DNA of 64,000 bases from an uncultured Alphaproteobacteria bacterium (GTDB taxonomy: Bacteria; Pseudomonadota; Alphaproteobacteria; HIMB59; GCA-002718135): contig CACMYX010000005.1 of NCBI GenBank assembly GCA_902618015.1, positions 719 to 64,718 on the forward strand, read 5' to 3'. The notes under the pieces are model-generated. The model was not told the origin of the DNA and ran no database searches. It saw nothing but the letters and a program-made list of their open reading frames with translations. This document shows, one piece after another, positions 1 through 9,777 of the stretch (position 1 is its first letter; the number at the start of each line of letters is the position of its first letter). The translations under genes were made by a program, and so were the position numbers.

Positions 1-189
1 CCATTTCAAAGAATTAGTTATGTTATCTGTGTATTCTTGTTTTGATCTTTCATGATCTGTATCTTCAATTCTCAAGTAAAATTTAGATGATACTGATTTC
101 TTACTAATAATATAATTAATTAGAGCTGTTCTAGCACCTCCAAGATGAAGATTACCAGTAGGAGAGGGTGCAAATCGTGTTTTTAACAT
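1..189 (-). CDS. gltX: Glutamyl-tRNA synthetase, N-terminal fragment (gene continues beyond the window start)
   Basis: Reverse-complement translation from the ATG at 189..187 gives [31 protein letters not shown]...[11 protein letters not shown]. This is the class I synthetase HIGH-type motif (HLGG) and the typical GltX N-terminus. A second in-frame ATG lies at 195..193. The gene is absent from the ORF track because it is open at the window edge. Confidence 0.85.
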   Translation of the reverse strand, partial: MLKTRFAPSPTGNLHLGGARTALINYIISKKSVSSKFYLRIEDTDHERSKQEYTDNITNSLKW

Positions 190-215
190 AGTCATCTTAA
201 AATTAAGATAAACTA

Positions 216-842
216 TTAATTATATTTTCTTATAATACCAGATAAAGTCCCTTGGACTTGGATTTCACCTGCTTCATATTCCTTTGTCTGAAAACTTTGA
301 TTAGCAGGAATTAACAAGACCTTGTCTCGATCAAATTTAATAGTTTTTAGAGTAACTTCGTTATCTTGTGTAATAACAGCTGCAATCTTTCCATTTTCAA
401 CATTATTTGTCTTTTTTATCACAGCAATATCACCGTCAAATATTCCTTTATCTATCATAGATAGACCTTTTACTTTTAATCCAAAATATTTAGCATTTGG
501 TGATGTCATCGAAGAGGGTACAGAAACAAATTCATCAGCATTCTCAATTGCTTCTATTGCTTCACCTGCAGCTATTGCACCAATTAGTGGGATATTAATG
601 CTATTTGACAAAGAACTTTCATCAACAATATTATCTTTATTAATAATTTCCATTGCTCTTGCTTTGTGCTTTAATCTTTTAATAAAACCTCTTTCTTCTA
701 GACTAGTAATTAATCTATGAATACCTGACTTTGATTTTAGATTAACTGCACTTTTCATTTCCTCAAAGGATGGAGAGATTTCATTACTTGAAATATAATT
801 TTTTAAATAATCGTATAGCTCTTTTTGTTTTTTTGTAAGCAT
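216..842 (-). CDS. lexA: LexA SOS repressor
   Basis: 208 aa. It has an N-terminal winged-helix region ([32 protein letters not shown]), an Ala-Gly cleavage region ([12 protein letters not shown]), and the S24 peptidase Ser (GLSMIDKGI) and Lys (VTLKTIKF) context. Confidence 0.95.
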   Translation of the reverse strand: MLTKKQKELYDYLKNYISSNEISPSFEEMKSAVNLKSKSGIHRLITSLEERGFIKRLKHKARAMEIINKDNIVDESSLSNSINIPLIGAIAAGEAIEAIENADEFVSVPSSMTSPNAKYFGLKVKGLSMIDKGIFDGDIAVIKKTNNVENGKIAAVITQDNEVTLKTIKFDRDKVLLIPANQSFQTKEYEAGEIQVQGTLSGIIRKYN

Positions 843-847
843 TTGTT

Positions 848-862
848 GTTCTATATATGTTC
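848..862 (-). promoter_or_regulatory. Alphaproteobacterial-type LexA (SOS) box: GAAC-N7-GAAC on the lexA strand
   Basis: The plus strand reads GTTCtatatatGTTC at 848-862, starting 6 nt upstream of the lexA ATG (842..840). It matches the direct-repeat GAAC-N7-GAAC operator described for Rhodobacter/Rhizobium LexA. Confidence 0.75.
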
Positions 863-867
863 TTTAA

Positions 868-882
868 GATCAAAACAAGAAC
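868..882 (+). promoter_or_regulatory. Second, imperfect SOS-like box (GATC-N7-GAAC on the plus strand)
   Basis: GATCaaaacaaGAAC at 868-882. It has one mismatch to GAAC-N7-GAAC, the opposite orientation to box 1, and lies 5 nt from it. Confidence 0.45.
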
Positions 883-911
883 AAATAAAAATATCTATAT
901 TTTTCAGTTAT

Positions 912-1367
912 TTAAATATTAGATTTACCACCTGTTTTCGAAACAAGGTGTATATTTTGAATTATAATTTTTTTATTTAAGTACTTACACATGTCATAAA
1001 TTGTCAGACATGCAATTGTAACGGCAGTTAATGCCTCCATTTCCACACCAGTATTTGCATTTGTTTTAACTGTACTTTTGACAATAAAAGTAAATTTTTT
1101 ATCATTTTTTATAACCTCAATATTTATATGATTGATTGGAATATTATGACAAAGCGGTATCAATTTAGAAGTTTCTTTTGACCCCATAATACCACCAATT
1201 ATTGCAGTTTTTTCTAGGTTTCCTTTTTTTGTTTCAAATGATTTTATTTTTTTATATGTTTCTTTATCAAATTTAATTTCACCAGAGGCAACTGCTACTC
1301 TTTCTGTGACATCTTTATTTGATATGTCAATTATATAAGGATTTCCTTTTTTATTAATATGACTCAT
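912..1367 (-). CDS. moaC: Cyclic pyranopterin monophosphate synthase MoaC
   Basis: 151 aa with MoaC signatures (LIPLCHNIPI, TGVEMEALTAVTIACLTIYDMCK). Its start overlaps the trpC stop by 14 nt. Confidence 0.92.
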   Translation of the reverse strand: MSHINKKGNPYIIDISNKDVTERVAVASGEIKFDKETYKKIKSFETKKGNLEKTAIIGGIMGSKETSKLIPLCHNIPINHINIEVIKNDKKFTFIVKSTVKTNANTGVEMEALTAVTIACLTIYDMCKYLNKKIIIQNIHLVSKTGGKSNI

Positions 1368-2154
1368 TTAAAAGCAATTCTCCAATTTTCTTTTCTTTAT
1401 TTTTAGATTTTAACAAACTTTCTCCAATTAAAAAATTATATATCCCTGTAGAATTAAATTTTTTTATATCATCAGAAGTTTTAATTCCACTCTCTGCAAT
1501 TAAAATATAATCATTAGTTAAATTTTTATTCAAATTTATTGAGTTATTTAAATTGATTTCAAGACTTTTAAGGTTTCTATTATTAATTCCAATCACAGGG
1601 TAGTCTAATTTGATTGCTCTTTTCAGTTCGTCTTCATCATGAACCTCTATAATACAATCTAATTTTAATTCATTTGCATAATTTATAAATTCTATTGCTT
1701 GAGCGTCTGATAGTATTGATAAAATTAATAATATACAATCAGCTTGATATATCTTACTTTCTAAAATTTGATATTTATCAATAATAAAATCTTTTCTTAA
1801 AATAGGTAAATTTGTTTTCTTTTTTACCAGAGATAAATGATCAATATTTCCTAAAAAATATTTACTTTCAGTTAAAATCGATAACGCTCCAATACCAGAT
1901 CTTTCATATAAAATAGCAATGTCTTCTGGTTTATAATCTGAAATTATTTCACCCGCACTTGGACTTTGTTTTTTTACTTCACCAATTATTAAATTTTTTT
2001 TATTTTTTTGAGCTGAAATTAATTCATCTTTAAATTCACGTTTCTCTAATTTTGAGGAAATTAATTTTTCTAATGTTTTAAAAGAACATCTTTTTTTTGT
2101 TTCTTCTAATTCTTTAAATTTATCTTCACAAATTTTTTGAAGTATATTACTCAT
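1354..2154 (-). CDS. trpC: Indole-3-glycerol phosphate synthase
   Basis: 266 aa. EVKKQSPSAG, LSILTE, ILRKDFI and INNRNL motifs are typical of TrpC. It sits in a trp operon context. Confidence 0.93.
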   Translation of the reverse strand: MSNILQKICEDKFKELEETKKRCSFKTLEKLISSKLEKREFKDELISAQKNKKNLIIGEVKKQSPSAGEIISDYKPEDIAILYERSGIGALSILTESKYFLGNIDHLSLVKKKTNLPILRKDFIIDKYQILESKIYQADCILLILSILSDAQAIEFINYANELKLDCIIEVHDEDELKRAIKLDYPVIGINNRNLKSLEINLNNSINLNKNLTNDYILIAESGIKTSDDIKKFNSTGIYNFLIGESLLKSKNKEKKIGELLLNESY

Positions 2155-3148
2155 TAATTAGTGAGTTTACAAAATTTTTTGTAATTCCTTCATCAATTGT
2201 TTTTTTTGCTAATTCAATACTATCTTTTAGATTATTTCTTAAATTAGATAAATATATTGCCGCTCCTGCATTTATTTCTACAATCATTTGAAATTCTCTG
2301 TAATCGCCGTTAATCATTTTATTAAAGCAATTTGCATTATATTCTGGATCTCCACCTTTTATATCTTCTAATTTAATTAAATCATAACCATAATCTCTTG
2401 GATCAAAACTATATTCCAGAACTTTATTTTCTTTCAATTCATTAATTAGAGTATTGTCTGATAAACTTATTTCATCTAAACCATCCAATCCGTGAACAAC
2501 CATCGCTTTTTCAGAGCCTAATTCTTTTAAACAATTGCAATGCATAGAAACTAAATTTTTTGAATAGACTCCTAAAAGCTGCTTACCTGCTTTAGCAGGA
2601 TTAGTAAGCGGACCTAATAAATTAAAAATTGTGCGAGTAGCCAAATTCTTACGAACGTTAATTACATTTTTCATGGCAGAATGATGATTTTGAGCAAATA
2701 AAAAGCAAAAATTTTTATTGGATAATGAATTCTCTAAATCTTCTACATTATTTGTAATTTTATAACCTATTTTTTCTAGCATATCTGCAGAGCCTGATTT
2801 TGAACTAACGGAACGATTGCCATGCTTTGCTATAGTAACGCCAGCACTTGCAGCAACTATTGCTGCACTTGTTGATATATTTAATGTGTCTTTCATATCT
2901 CCACCCGTACCACAAGTATCAATTGTATTTTGTGGAGAGTTAATTTTTAAAGATTTATCTCTCATTACTTTAGCTGCACCGATAATTTCTTCTTTTGTTT
3001 CACCTTTTAACTTTAAACCAATTAGTATTGATGTAATTTTAATATCATCTAATTCTCCACTCATAATTTTATTGAATATATACATGCTCTCTTCAATATT
3101 CAGATTTTGTTGTTCAAGAATTTTATTTAATATTAAAGTTTGATCCAT
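2147..3148 (-). CDS. trpD: Anthranilate phosphoribosyltransferase
   Basis: 333 aa. DTCGTGGD, KHGNRSVSSKSGSAD and NLLGPLTNP motifs are present. Confidence 0.95.
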   Translation of the reverse strand: MDQTLILNKILEQQNLNIEESMYIFNKIMSGELDDIKITSILIGLKLKGETKEEIIGAAKVMRDKSLKINSPQNTIDTCGTGGDMKDTLNISTSAAIVAASAGVTIAKHGNRSVSSKSGSADMLEKIGYKITNNVEDLENSLSNKNFCFLFAQNHHSAMKNVINVRKNLATRTIFNLLGPLTNPAKAGKQLLGVYSKNLVSMHCNCLKELGSEKAMVVHGLDGLDEISLSDNTLINELKENKVLEYSFDPRDYGYDLIKLEDIKGGDPEYNANCFNKMINGDYREFQMIVEINAGAAIYLSNLRNNLKDSIELAKKTIDEGITKNFVNSLINE

Positions 3149-3717
3149 TATTTTGCTAAGTTTAAAAAGTTTTTTAAAATAATTTTACCCATATCAGTAC
3201 CTATACTTTCTGGATGAAATTGTAATCCAAATATTGGTAATTTTTTATGTGCAATACCCATTATAATTTTATTATTTGTTTCAGCAGTAATTAAAAAATC
3301 TTTAGGCATAGTTCTCTTATCAATTATAAGAGAGTGATATCTAGTTGCTTTAAATTTTCTTTCTACATTTTTAAATATAGAGTGTCCAAAGTGATTAATT
3401 GTATCAACTTTTCCGTGCATGATTTCTTTGCATTTAATGATTTTACCTCCAAAAGCTTGACCAATAGTTTGATGTCCTAAACAAATGCCAAGTATAGGAA
3501 ATTGTTTTGATAATTCTGCAACGATATTAAGACTTATTCCAGCTTCATTTGGTGTGCACGGACCTGGTGAAATAACTATTGATTTAGGTTTTAATTTACG
3601 AATTTTATTTATCGAAATTTTATCATTTCTATAAACGACAACCTTCTGATTTAAATCTAATAAGTAGTGTTTTACATTGTAAGTAAAACTGTCATAATTA
3701 TCTATCAGTAATATCAT
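3148..3717 (-). CDS. trpG: Anthranilate synthase component II (glutamine amidotransferase)
   Basis: 189 aa class I GATase with the GICLGHQ nucleophile elbow and LQFHPES. Its stop overlaps the trpD start (TAATG). Confidence 0.92.
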   Translation of the reverse strand: MILLIDNYDSFTYNVKHYLLDLNQKVVVYRNDKISINKIRKLKPKSIVISPGPCTPNEAGISLNIVAELSKQFPILGICLGHQTIGQAFGGKIIKCKEIMHGKVDTINHFGHSIFKNVERKFKATRYHSLIIDKRTMPKDFLITAETNNKIIMGIAHKKLPIFGLQFHPESIGTDMGKIILKNFLNLAK

Positions 3718-5192
3718 ATATCGAATTTGTATGAATCCTCTGCAGCTGCCATTAAAGCGCCAGCTTTATTCAAAATTTCTTGATGTTCATTTTTTGGGAC
3801 AGAGTCATAAACTATTCCAGCACCAGCCTGAATGTATAATTTATTATCTTTTACAAGCCCAGTCCTCAAACTAATACAAGTATCCATGTCTCCATTAGAA
3901 TCAAAATAACCCATACAACCAGCATAAAAACTTCTATTTAAATTTTCAAGTTCCTCTATGATTTCCATCGCTCTTATTTTTGGTGCACCAGAAACTGTAC
4001 CTGCTGGAAATCCAGCCATTAAAGCATCTAGAGCATCTAAATTATTATCTATTTTTCCCTCAACGTTTGAAACAATATGCATTACATGAGAGTAGTATTC
4101 GATAATCATCTTTTCAGTAACATTCACTGTTCCTTTTTTTGCAACACGACCAACATCGTTCCTTCCTAAATCTAAAAGCATTAAGTGTTCTGCGAGTTCT
4201 TTCTTATCATTAAGTAAGTCATTAGATAAATAAAGGTCTTCAGAGGCATTTTTTCCTCTTTTTCTTGTTCCCGCAATTGGTCTTATCGTAACTTTTTTAT
4301 TTCTTAATTGAACCATTAATTCTGGACTAGATGCAACAAGGCCTATTTTATCGAAGTTAAGATTTACAAGATAAGGAGATGGATTAAGTCGTCTTAACGA
4401 TCTATAAAGATTGACTGCCTTTAAATTATATTTTGTTTCAAATCTCTGTGAAGGCACAACTTGGAAGATATCTCCATTTTTAATATATTCTTTTGCTTTA
4501 TTTACAATTTTATAAAATTGTTCTTTCTTGAAATTTGATTTAAATTTTAATTTAGATTTTTTATTTTTCTTTTGCGCAGGTTTTAAAATACTTTTTTCTA
4601 ACTTTTTAATTGTTTTATCAATAAGTAATTTATTTTTTCTATAGGCTTTTTCTGCTGAGATTTTTTTACTTGGATACGTAACTGTCATAAGGGAAATAAT
4701 ATCTTTAATATTATCAAAAACTGCGACAATTTTTGGTCTGATTAAAATTGCATCAGGTATTTTTATATTGTCCTTATTACTTAGTTTAATTTTTTCAATA
4801 TATTTAATCATTGGATATCCTAGATATCCAACTAGTGTTGGGAAAGGAACGTCAATTTCATTATTTTTAAATTTTGAAATTTTTACAAGTTCTTTAAGAC
4901 TATGAATTGGCTTTTGATCTAGTTTGTAATCAAAATTATGATCCAAATACTTAATTTTTGCCTTACCTTTTTCAACTGTCCAAATTAAATCTGGATCACA
5001 ACCAAGTAATGAGTAACGTCCTCTTTTACTTCCACCCTCTACTGACTCTAATAGAAAGGAATATTTTTCCGATTTACTAATTTTTAATAATGATGAAAAT
5101 GGTGTTTCAATATCAGCAATAAGATTTTTTTTTAATATCTGAGGTAAGCCTTTGTTATATTGACTTATAAAAATTTTTTTTTCTAGACTCAT
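3714..5192 (-). CDS. trpE: Anthranilate synthase component I
   Basis: 492 aa chorismate-binding enzyme (LLESVEGG, GAPKIRAMEIIEELE, RSFYAGCMGYF, AGAGIVYDS). Confidence 0.95.
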   Translation of the reverse strand: MSLEKKIFISQYNKGLPQILKKNLIADIETPFSSLLKISKSEKYSFLLESVEGGSKRGRYSLLGCDPDLIWTVEKGKAKIKYLDHNFDYKLDQKPIHSLKELVKISKFKNNEIDVPFPTLVGYLGYPMIKYIEKIKLSNKDNIKIPDAILIRPKIVAVFDNIKDIISLMTVTYPSKKISAEKAYRKNKLLIDKTIKKLEKSILKPAQKKNKKSKLKFKSNFKKEQFYKIVNKAKEYIKNGDIFQVVPSQRFETKYNLKAVNLYRSLRRLNPSPYLVNLNFDKIGLVASSPELMVQLRNKKVTIRPIAGTRKRGKNASEDLYLSNDLLNDKKELAEHLMLLDLGRNDVGRVAKKGTVNVTEKMIIEYYSHVMHIVSNVEGKIDNNLDALDALMAGFPAGTVSGAPKIRAMEIIEELENLNRSFYAGCMGYFDSNGDMDTCISLRTGLVKDNKLYIQAGAGIVYDSVPKNEHQEILNKAGALMAAAEDSYKFDI

Positions 5193-7009
5193 TTATACTG
5201 AGATAAAAGACCATTTATCAGTTCATCATTGAACGAAATTTCTTTTGTCTTAATAATCTCACTACCAAATGCTGTTTTCAAATCACCTATCAAATTAATA
5301 TTTGAAGTATTTTCACCTTCTTCAGGCATCTTTATACTTTTAATATTAGCAAAATAAATAGCATTTTCATCTGATCCAAAAGCTACTTTATCAATATCAA
5401 TTTCAAAAATCTTTTGTTTAAAAGATATTGGTAATTCATCATTAGTCTTTAAAGATAAAGTTAAATTTTCCGGATTAGTTGCATAAAATTTACTTATATT
5501 TGTGAAGAACTCTTTATTATTTTCAAAAATATTTTCTGCTTGTTCAGTTTTTTTTGTAAATATAAAATCATTTAAAACACTGTCAAAGATATTATCGATA
5601 CTCTCTATTTTTGATGGATATATGTTATCAATGTTTACAATAAAAGAAGTATCATTATCAATGTCAACTAAATCACTAACAAAATCTTTATTTTGTGTAA
5701 AAGAAAATGAAATTACGTTACTTAAACTAGGGTCATCTTCGTTAATATTGTTTAAAATTTTTTTCTTATTGATTAATTTAAGATTATTTTGATCTGCTAT
5801 TTCAGTAATTGAAAATCCATCAAGTATTTGTTGATCGAGGCTTAATTTTAATTCATTAAAGTAATTATCTACTTCAAAATTGGTTAATGTATTATTTATT
5901 TCATTCTTCACTTCATTAAATGTTAATTCTTTTTCTGGGAATATTTCATCTAAAATGATTATATGATATGCCAAGGTAGTTTGTATAACATCAGATATAC
6001 TTCCTTTGTCTAATTCAAATATTACGTTAGCAAGTTGTTCTAGAACTTTATTTCTATCAACATTTTTAAATTCATTGAAAATTATATTTTTTTCTTCTGC
6101 AAATTTAATGATTTCTTGATTAGATTTTCCAGAAATATCTAATTTAAATTCATCTGCTTCATCTTTTGATTTAAAATTAAATTGTTTAAAGCTTCTTTCT
6201 TCTGGATTAATAAATAAGTTTTTATTATTATTATAATATTCCTTAAGTTTATTTTCTGAAGGTGAAAAATTATTTCTAAAATCACTTTTATTAATTAATA
6301 TGTATGAAATGTCTCTCTCTTCATTTGTCATATATTCAGCAGAGTTATTATTAAAATAATCTAGTAGTTCTATATTATCTTTTGTAATTTCATCCTTATC
6401 GAATTTATCAAGTTTAATTTCGTCGTACAAAATTTTGAGCAACTCTATTTCTCTGCTCTGGTTATCATACTGATTAAAATTGATTTCTAATTGTGATGGA
6501 TAATTTTTTTGAAAAAAAAGTTGATCAAAAATAATTGCTCTTGTTTCATAGTTTATTAAATCTACTAAGTCTTCAATTTTTAAACCTTGCATTCTTAAAA
6601 ATGAATTTAATCTATCATCATCTAATTTGTTATTAATATATAAATTCGGAAAATTTCTTTTTGTTTCTTTTGCAATTGTAGTATCATCTAAAATAAAATT
6701 TATTTTATCAAACTCATTTTCAAAAATTGCATTATTAACTAAATTTTGAAGGGCTATTTGGTGAACTTGAAAACTTCTAATTTGATCGCCTGTTAATGGG
6801 TTCCCAATCATTTGAGAAAATTGATTAATATTCATATCCATCGATCTAAGAAATTTTGTTGTTGAAATTGGGGTACCGGAAATATTAGCAACAAAGTTAT
6901 CGGAATTAAATAGGTTTGAATATCTTTGCGAACCCCTAAAAAAGAATAAGCTTGCAGCAAAAAGTATTGCCAACCCTATACCGATCCAAGAATTTCTAAT
7001 AGCTCTCAT
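5189..7009 (-). CDS. ppiD: Periplasmic chaperone / peptidyl-prolyl isomerase, PpiD-like (SurA N-terminal domain family)
   Basis: 606 aa with an N-terminal membrane anchor (IGIGLAILFAASLFFF) and a parvulin-like segment (SISDVIQTTLAYHIIILDE). It occupies the conserved position between tpiA and trpE. The call is by architecture and synteny. Confidence 0.75.
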   Translation of the reverse strand: MRAIRNSWIGIGLAILFAASLFFFRGSQRYSNLFNSDNFVANISGTPISTTKFLRSMDMNINQFSQMIGNPLTGDQIRSFQVHQIALQNLVNNAIFENEFDKINFILDDTTIAKETKRNFPNLYINNKLDDDRLNSFLRMQGLKIEDLVDLINYETRAIIFDQLFFQKNYPSQLEINFNQYDNQSREIELLKILYDEIKLDKFDKDEITKDNIELLDYFNNNSAEYMTNEERDISYILINKSDFRNNFSPSENKLKEYYNNNKNLFINPEERSFKQFNFKSKDEADEFKLDISGKSNQEIIKFAEEKNIIFNEFKNVDRNKVLEQLANVIFELDKGSISDVIQTTLAYHIIILDEIFPEKELTFNEVKNEINNTLTNFEVDNYFNELKLSLDQQILDGFSITEIADQNNLKLINKKKILNNINEDDPSLSNVISFSFTQNKDFVSDLVDIDNDTSFIVNIDNIYPSKIESIDNIFDSVLNDFIFTKKTEQAENIFENNKEFFTNISKFYATNPENLTLSLKTNDELPISFKQKIFEIDIDKVAFGSDENAIYFANIKSIKMPEEGENTSNINLIGDLKTAFGSEIIKTKEISFNDELINGLLSQYK

Positions 7010-7058
7010 AAAATTTCTATTGCTTCTATAATATTAGTTTCTATAAATAAAAGTAATT

Positions 7059-7778
7059 ATGGTAAATCTTGATAAATATTCTTCAATTTTTATAGCAAAT
7101 TGGAAATTAAATGGGAATTCCTCATTTTTAAAACATTATTATGAAAAATTAAAAGTTAATTCTAATAATTGTACAGTTATTTGCTCACCATCAATTTACT
7201 TAAAATCACTAAAAGTAAATAATAATAACTTATTTAGTGGCGCACAAGATGTCTCCTCTTTTAAAGAAGGTGCGTATACTGGCGAATTATCTGCCTCAAT
7301 GCTAAAGGATAATAATATAGATTTTTGCTTGGTCGGACATTCTGAGCGCAGACAATACTTTGCTGAAACGAATGGTAATGTAAAAACTAAAAGTTCAAAT
7401 CTTATTGAAGAAAATATTATTCCAATAATCTGTATAGGTGAAACCTTAGAGGAAAAAGAAAAAAGCTTAACGGAAGAAATTTTATCTACACAAATTAAGA
7501 ATAGTGTTCCAAATTTAGCAAATCATAAAAATGCATTAATTGCGTATGAGCCTGTTTGGGCTATAGGAACTGGTCTAACGCCAACCTTAGATGAAATAAA
7601 TGAGGTTCACGAATTTATCAAAAATTATGATCAAAAATTTATTAACTTTAAAGTGTTATATGGAGGTTCTGTTAAATCTTCAAATTCAAAAGAAATTAAT
7701 GATTTAAGTCATGTAGATGGTTGCTTAATTGGTGGCGCTTCATTAAAAGTTGATGAATTCAATACAATTATTTCTTGA
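7059..7778 (+). CDS. tpiA: Triosephosphate isomerase
   Basis: 239 aa. ANWKLNG, VGHSERR, AYEPVWAIGTG and YGGSV motifs are present. Confidence 0.94.
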   Translation: MVNLDKYSSIFIANWKLNGNSSFLKHYYEKLKVNSNNCTVICSPSIYLKSLKVNNNNLFSGAQDVSSFKEGAYTGELSASMLKDNNIDFCLVGHSERRQYFAETNGNVKTKSSNLIEENIIPIICIGETLEEKEKSLTEEILSTQIKNSVPNLANHKNALIAYEPVWAIGTGLTPTLDEINEVHEFIKNYDQKFINFKVLYGGSVKSSNSKEINDLSHVDGCLIGGASLKVDEFNTIIS

Positions 7779-7810
7779 TTAATAAAATCAATTTAATATA
7801 AAGCGAAATA

Positions 7811-8116
7811 ATGACAACATTAGTAATAATTCAGCTGATACTTGCAATTGCTTTGGTTGTATTAGTTTTACTACAAGGATCTGATAATGATAGCTTGGGT
7901 CTTGGCGGTGGAACCTCAACTGGATTGATGTCAGCTCGTGGTACTGCAAACCTACTTTCTAGATTAACTGCAATAACTGCGGGTTTATTCATGGTAATGA
8001 GTATTGTTCTTACAATTACTGCCTCAATTGGTTCAGATCGTAATGTTTTAGAGTCACTTCCTTCAATTAATACTGAAGAAACATCGGAAGAACCAACGAT
8101 ACCAGAAAATAATTAA
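7811..8116 (+). CDS. secG: Preprotein translocase subunit SecG
   Basis: 101 aa with two TM segments and the LLQGSDNDSLGLGGG motif typical of SecG. The tpiA-secG-pyrG synteny fits. Confidence 0.88.
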   Translation: MTTLVIIQLILAIALVVLVLLQGSDNDSLGLGGGTSTGLMSARGTANLLSRLTAITAGLFMVMSIVLTITASIGSDRNVLESLPSINTEETSEEPTIPENN

Positions 8117-8163
8117 TAATATCTTGCTATAACAAGATCTATTATGTATCACGGTATTCCGTA

Positions 8164-9777
8164 ATGCATTTTGTTTTTATTACGGGTGGAGTAGCATCAT
8201 CTCTAGGAAAAGGTATAGCTTCGGCATCCCTGGCAACGTTATTAAAAAGTAGAAAATTCAAAGTAAGGATAAGAAAGTTAGATCCTTATTTAAATGTAGA
8301 TCCAGGAACAATGAGTCCTTATCAGCATGGAGAAGTTTATGTAACAGATGATGGCGCAGAAACCGACTTAGATCTTGGTCATTACGAAAGATTCACAAAT
8401 CAGTCTGCTAAACAATCAGATAGCGTATCTTCAGGGAAGATTTATTCTAATGTTCTTTTAAAAGAAAGAAAAGGAGATTACCTTGGTTCTACAATTCAGG
8501 TAATACCTCATGTTACCAATGAAATAAAATCATTTATTAATAGTGATTTAAAAAATGAAGATATTGCTATTTATGAAATTGGGGGAACAGTTGGAGATAT
8601 TGAATCTCTTCCTTTTTTAGAAGCAATAAGACAAATTAGAAATGATAAAAAAATCTCGTCAGCATTAATTCATATGACTTATATTCCATATTTAAGCTCA
8701 GCAGGTGAGTTAAAAACGAAACCTACTCAACATTCAGTGAAAGAACTCCTTAATGCTGGTATTCAACCAGACATCATTATGTGTAGATCTGAGCAACCTA
8801 TAGATAAAGATTCAATTTCTAAAATATCTTTATTTTGTAATGTAAAAAAAGAGTCTGTAATTCCTGCATTAAATGCTAAATCAATTTATGAAGTTCCTTC
8901 ATTATATTCCAAATACGGTTTGGATGAAGTTCTCCTTAAACAATTAGGTTATAAGCCTAAAAATCACAAACTAAATTTAAATCCTTGGATCAATCTTCAA
9001 AAAAAAATTAAAAAAATAAAACATAAAGTAAAAATTGCAGTAGTAGGAAAATACACAAATCTTAAAGATAGTTATAAATCACTAAATGAAGCATTGATAC
9101 ATGGAGGAATAGAAAATTCTGCTGATGTAGATATTCAATGGATAAATTCTGAAAAAGAAAACAACGCTAGTTTAATAAAAAAATTAAAAGGTTGTAATGG
9201 AATTCTTATTCCAGGTGGTTTTGGTATTCGTGGTATTAACGGAAAAATTAACGCTATCAAATATGCGAGAGAAAACAATATTCCTTTTTTTGGAATATGT
9301 CTTGGAATGCAGTTAGCCGTTATTGAAATAGCACAAAATGTATTAAAAATTAAAAACGCTCATTCTTCAGAATTTAAGAAAACTACTAAATCAGTAGTAG
9401 GATTAATGACAGAATGGGTAAATAAAAATAAGATCGAAAAAAGAGATAAAAATAGTGACAAAGGTGGAACAATGCGTTTAGGAGCATACAGAGCTATTTT
9501 GAAAAAAAATTCAAAAATCTTTTCTATATATAAAAAAAAAATAATTAGTGAGAGACACAGACACAGATATGAAGTAAATCAGAAATTTCTATCAAAATTT
9601 GAAAACAAAGGTTATAATTTTAGTGGTATGTCACCAGATGGTTTATTACCTGAAGTGCTTGAGAGTAAAAAACATAAATGGTTTATCGGAGTTCAATTTC
9701 ATCCAGAGTTAAAATCAAGACCATTAGATCCTCATCCTCTTTTTGTATCATTTATAAAGGCTGCAATTAATGATTAA
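8164..9777 (+). CDS. pyrG: CTP synthase
   Basis: 537 aa. FITGGVASSLGKGI, the GATase segment GICLGMQ and HRHRYEVN are present. Confidence 0.97.
   Translation: MHFVFITGGVASSLGKGIASASLATLLKSRKFKVRIRKLDPYLNVDPGTMSPYQHGEVYVTDDGAETDLDLGHYERFTNQSAKQSDSVSSGKIYSNVLLKERKGDYLGSTIQVIPHVTNEIKSFINSDLKNEDIAIYEIGGTVGDIESLPFLEAIRQIRNDKKISSALIHMTYIPYLSSAGELKTKPTQHSVKELLNAGIQPDIIMCRSEQPIDKDSISKISLFCNVKKESVIPALNAKSIYEVPSLYSKYGLDEVLLKQLGYKPKNHKLNLNPWINLQKKIKKIKHKVKIAVVGKYTNLKDSYKSLNEALIHGGIENSADVDIQWINSEKENNASLIKKLKGCNGILIPGGFGIRGINGKINAIKYARENNIPFFGICLGMQLAVIEIAQNVLKIKNAHSSEFKKTTKSVVGLMTEWVNKNKIEKRDKNSDKGGTMRLGAYRAILKKNSKIFSIYKKKIISERHRHRYEVNQKFLSKFENKGYNFSGMSPDGLLPEVLESKKHKWFIGVQFHPELKSRPLDPHPLFVSFIKAAIND

Noticed and set aside
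322-720. A 132-aa ORF antisense to lexA. The many similar antisense or shadow ORFs in the track are 2817..3143, 5502..5792, 9748..10071, 10199..10423, 12627..12812, 14157..14408, 16133..16369, 17932..18159, 20693..21115, 24752..24967, 26082..26342, 29687..29902, 32337..32573, 32383..32655, 32975..33319, 33884..34090, 34574..34813, 36141..36401, 36948..37148, 39574..39834, 44854..45072, 45974..46288, 47931..48116, 49771..50178, 51545..51787, 52046..52423, 53449..53640, 54675..54869, 56418..56747, 57990..58244, 59028..59213, 62511..62726 and 63288..63491.
   Set aside because: Each lies wholly or almost wholly inside a confidently identified gene, mostly on the opposite strand. Their translations are low-complexity and rich in S, I, L and F, with no recognisable motifs. 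Long antisense open frames are expected from the codon bias of real genes.
8121-8138. A hairpin ATCTTG-ctataa-CAAGAT after secG, considered as a possible terminator or attenuator before pyrG.
   Set aside because: The stem is only 6 bp and mostly AT, with no following T-tract. It is too weak to call and may be coincidental in AT-rich DNA.
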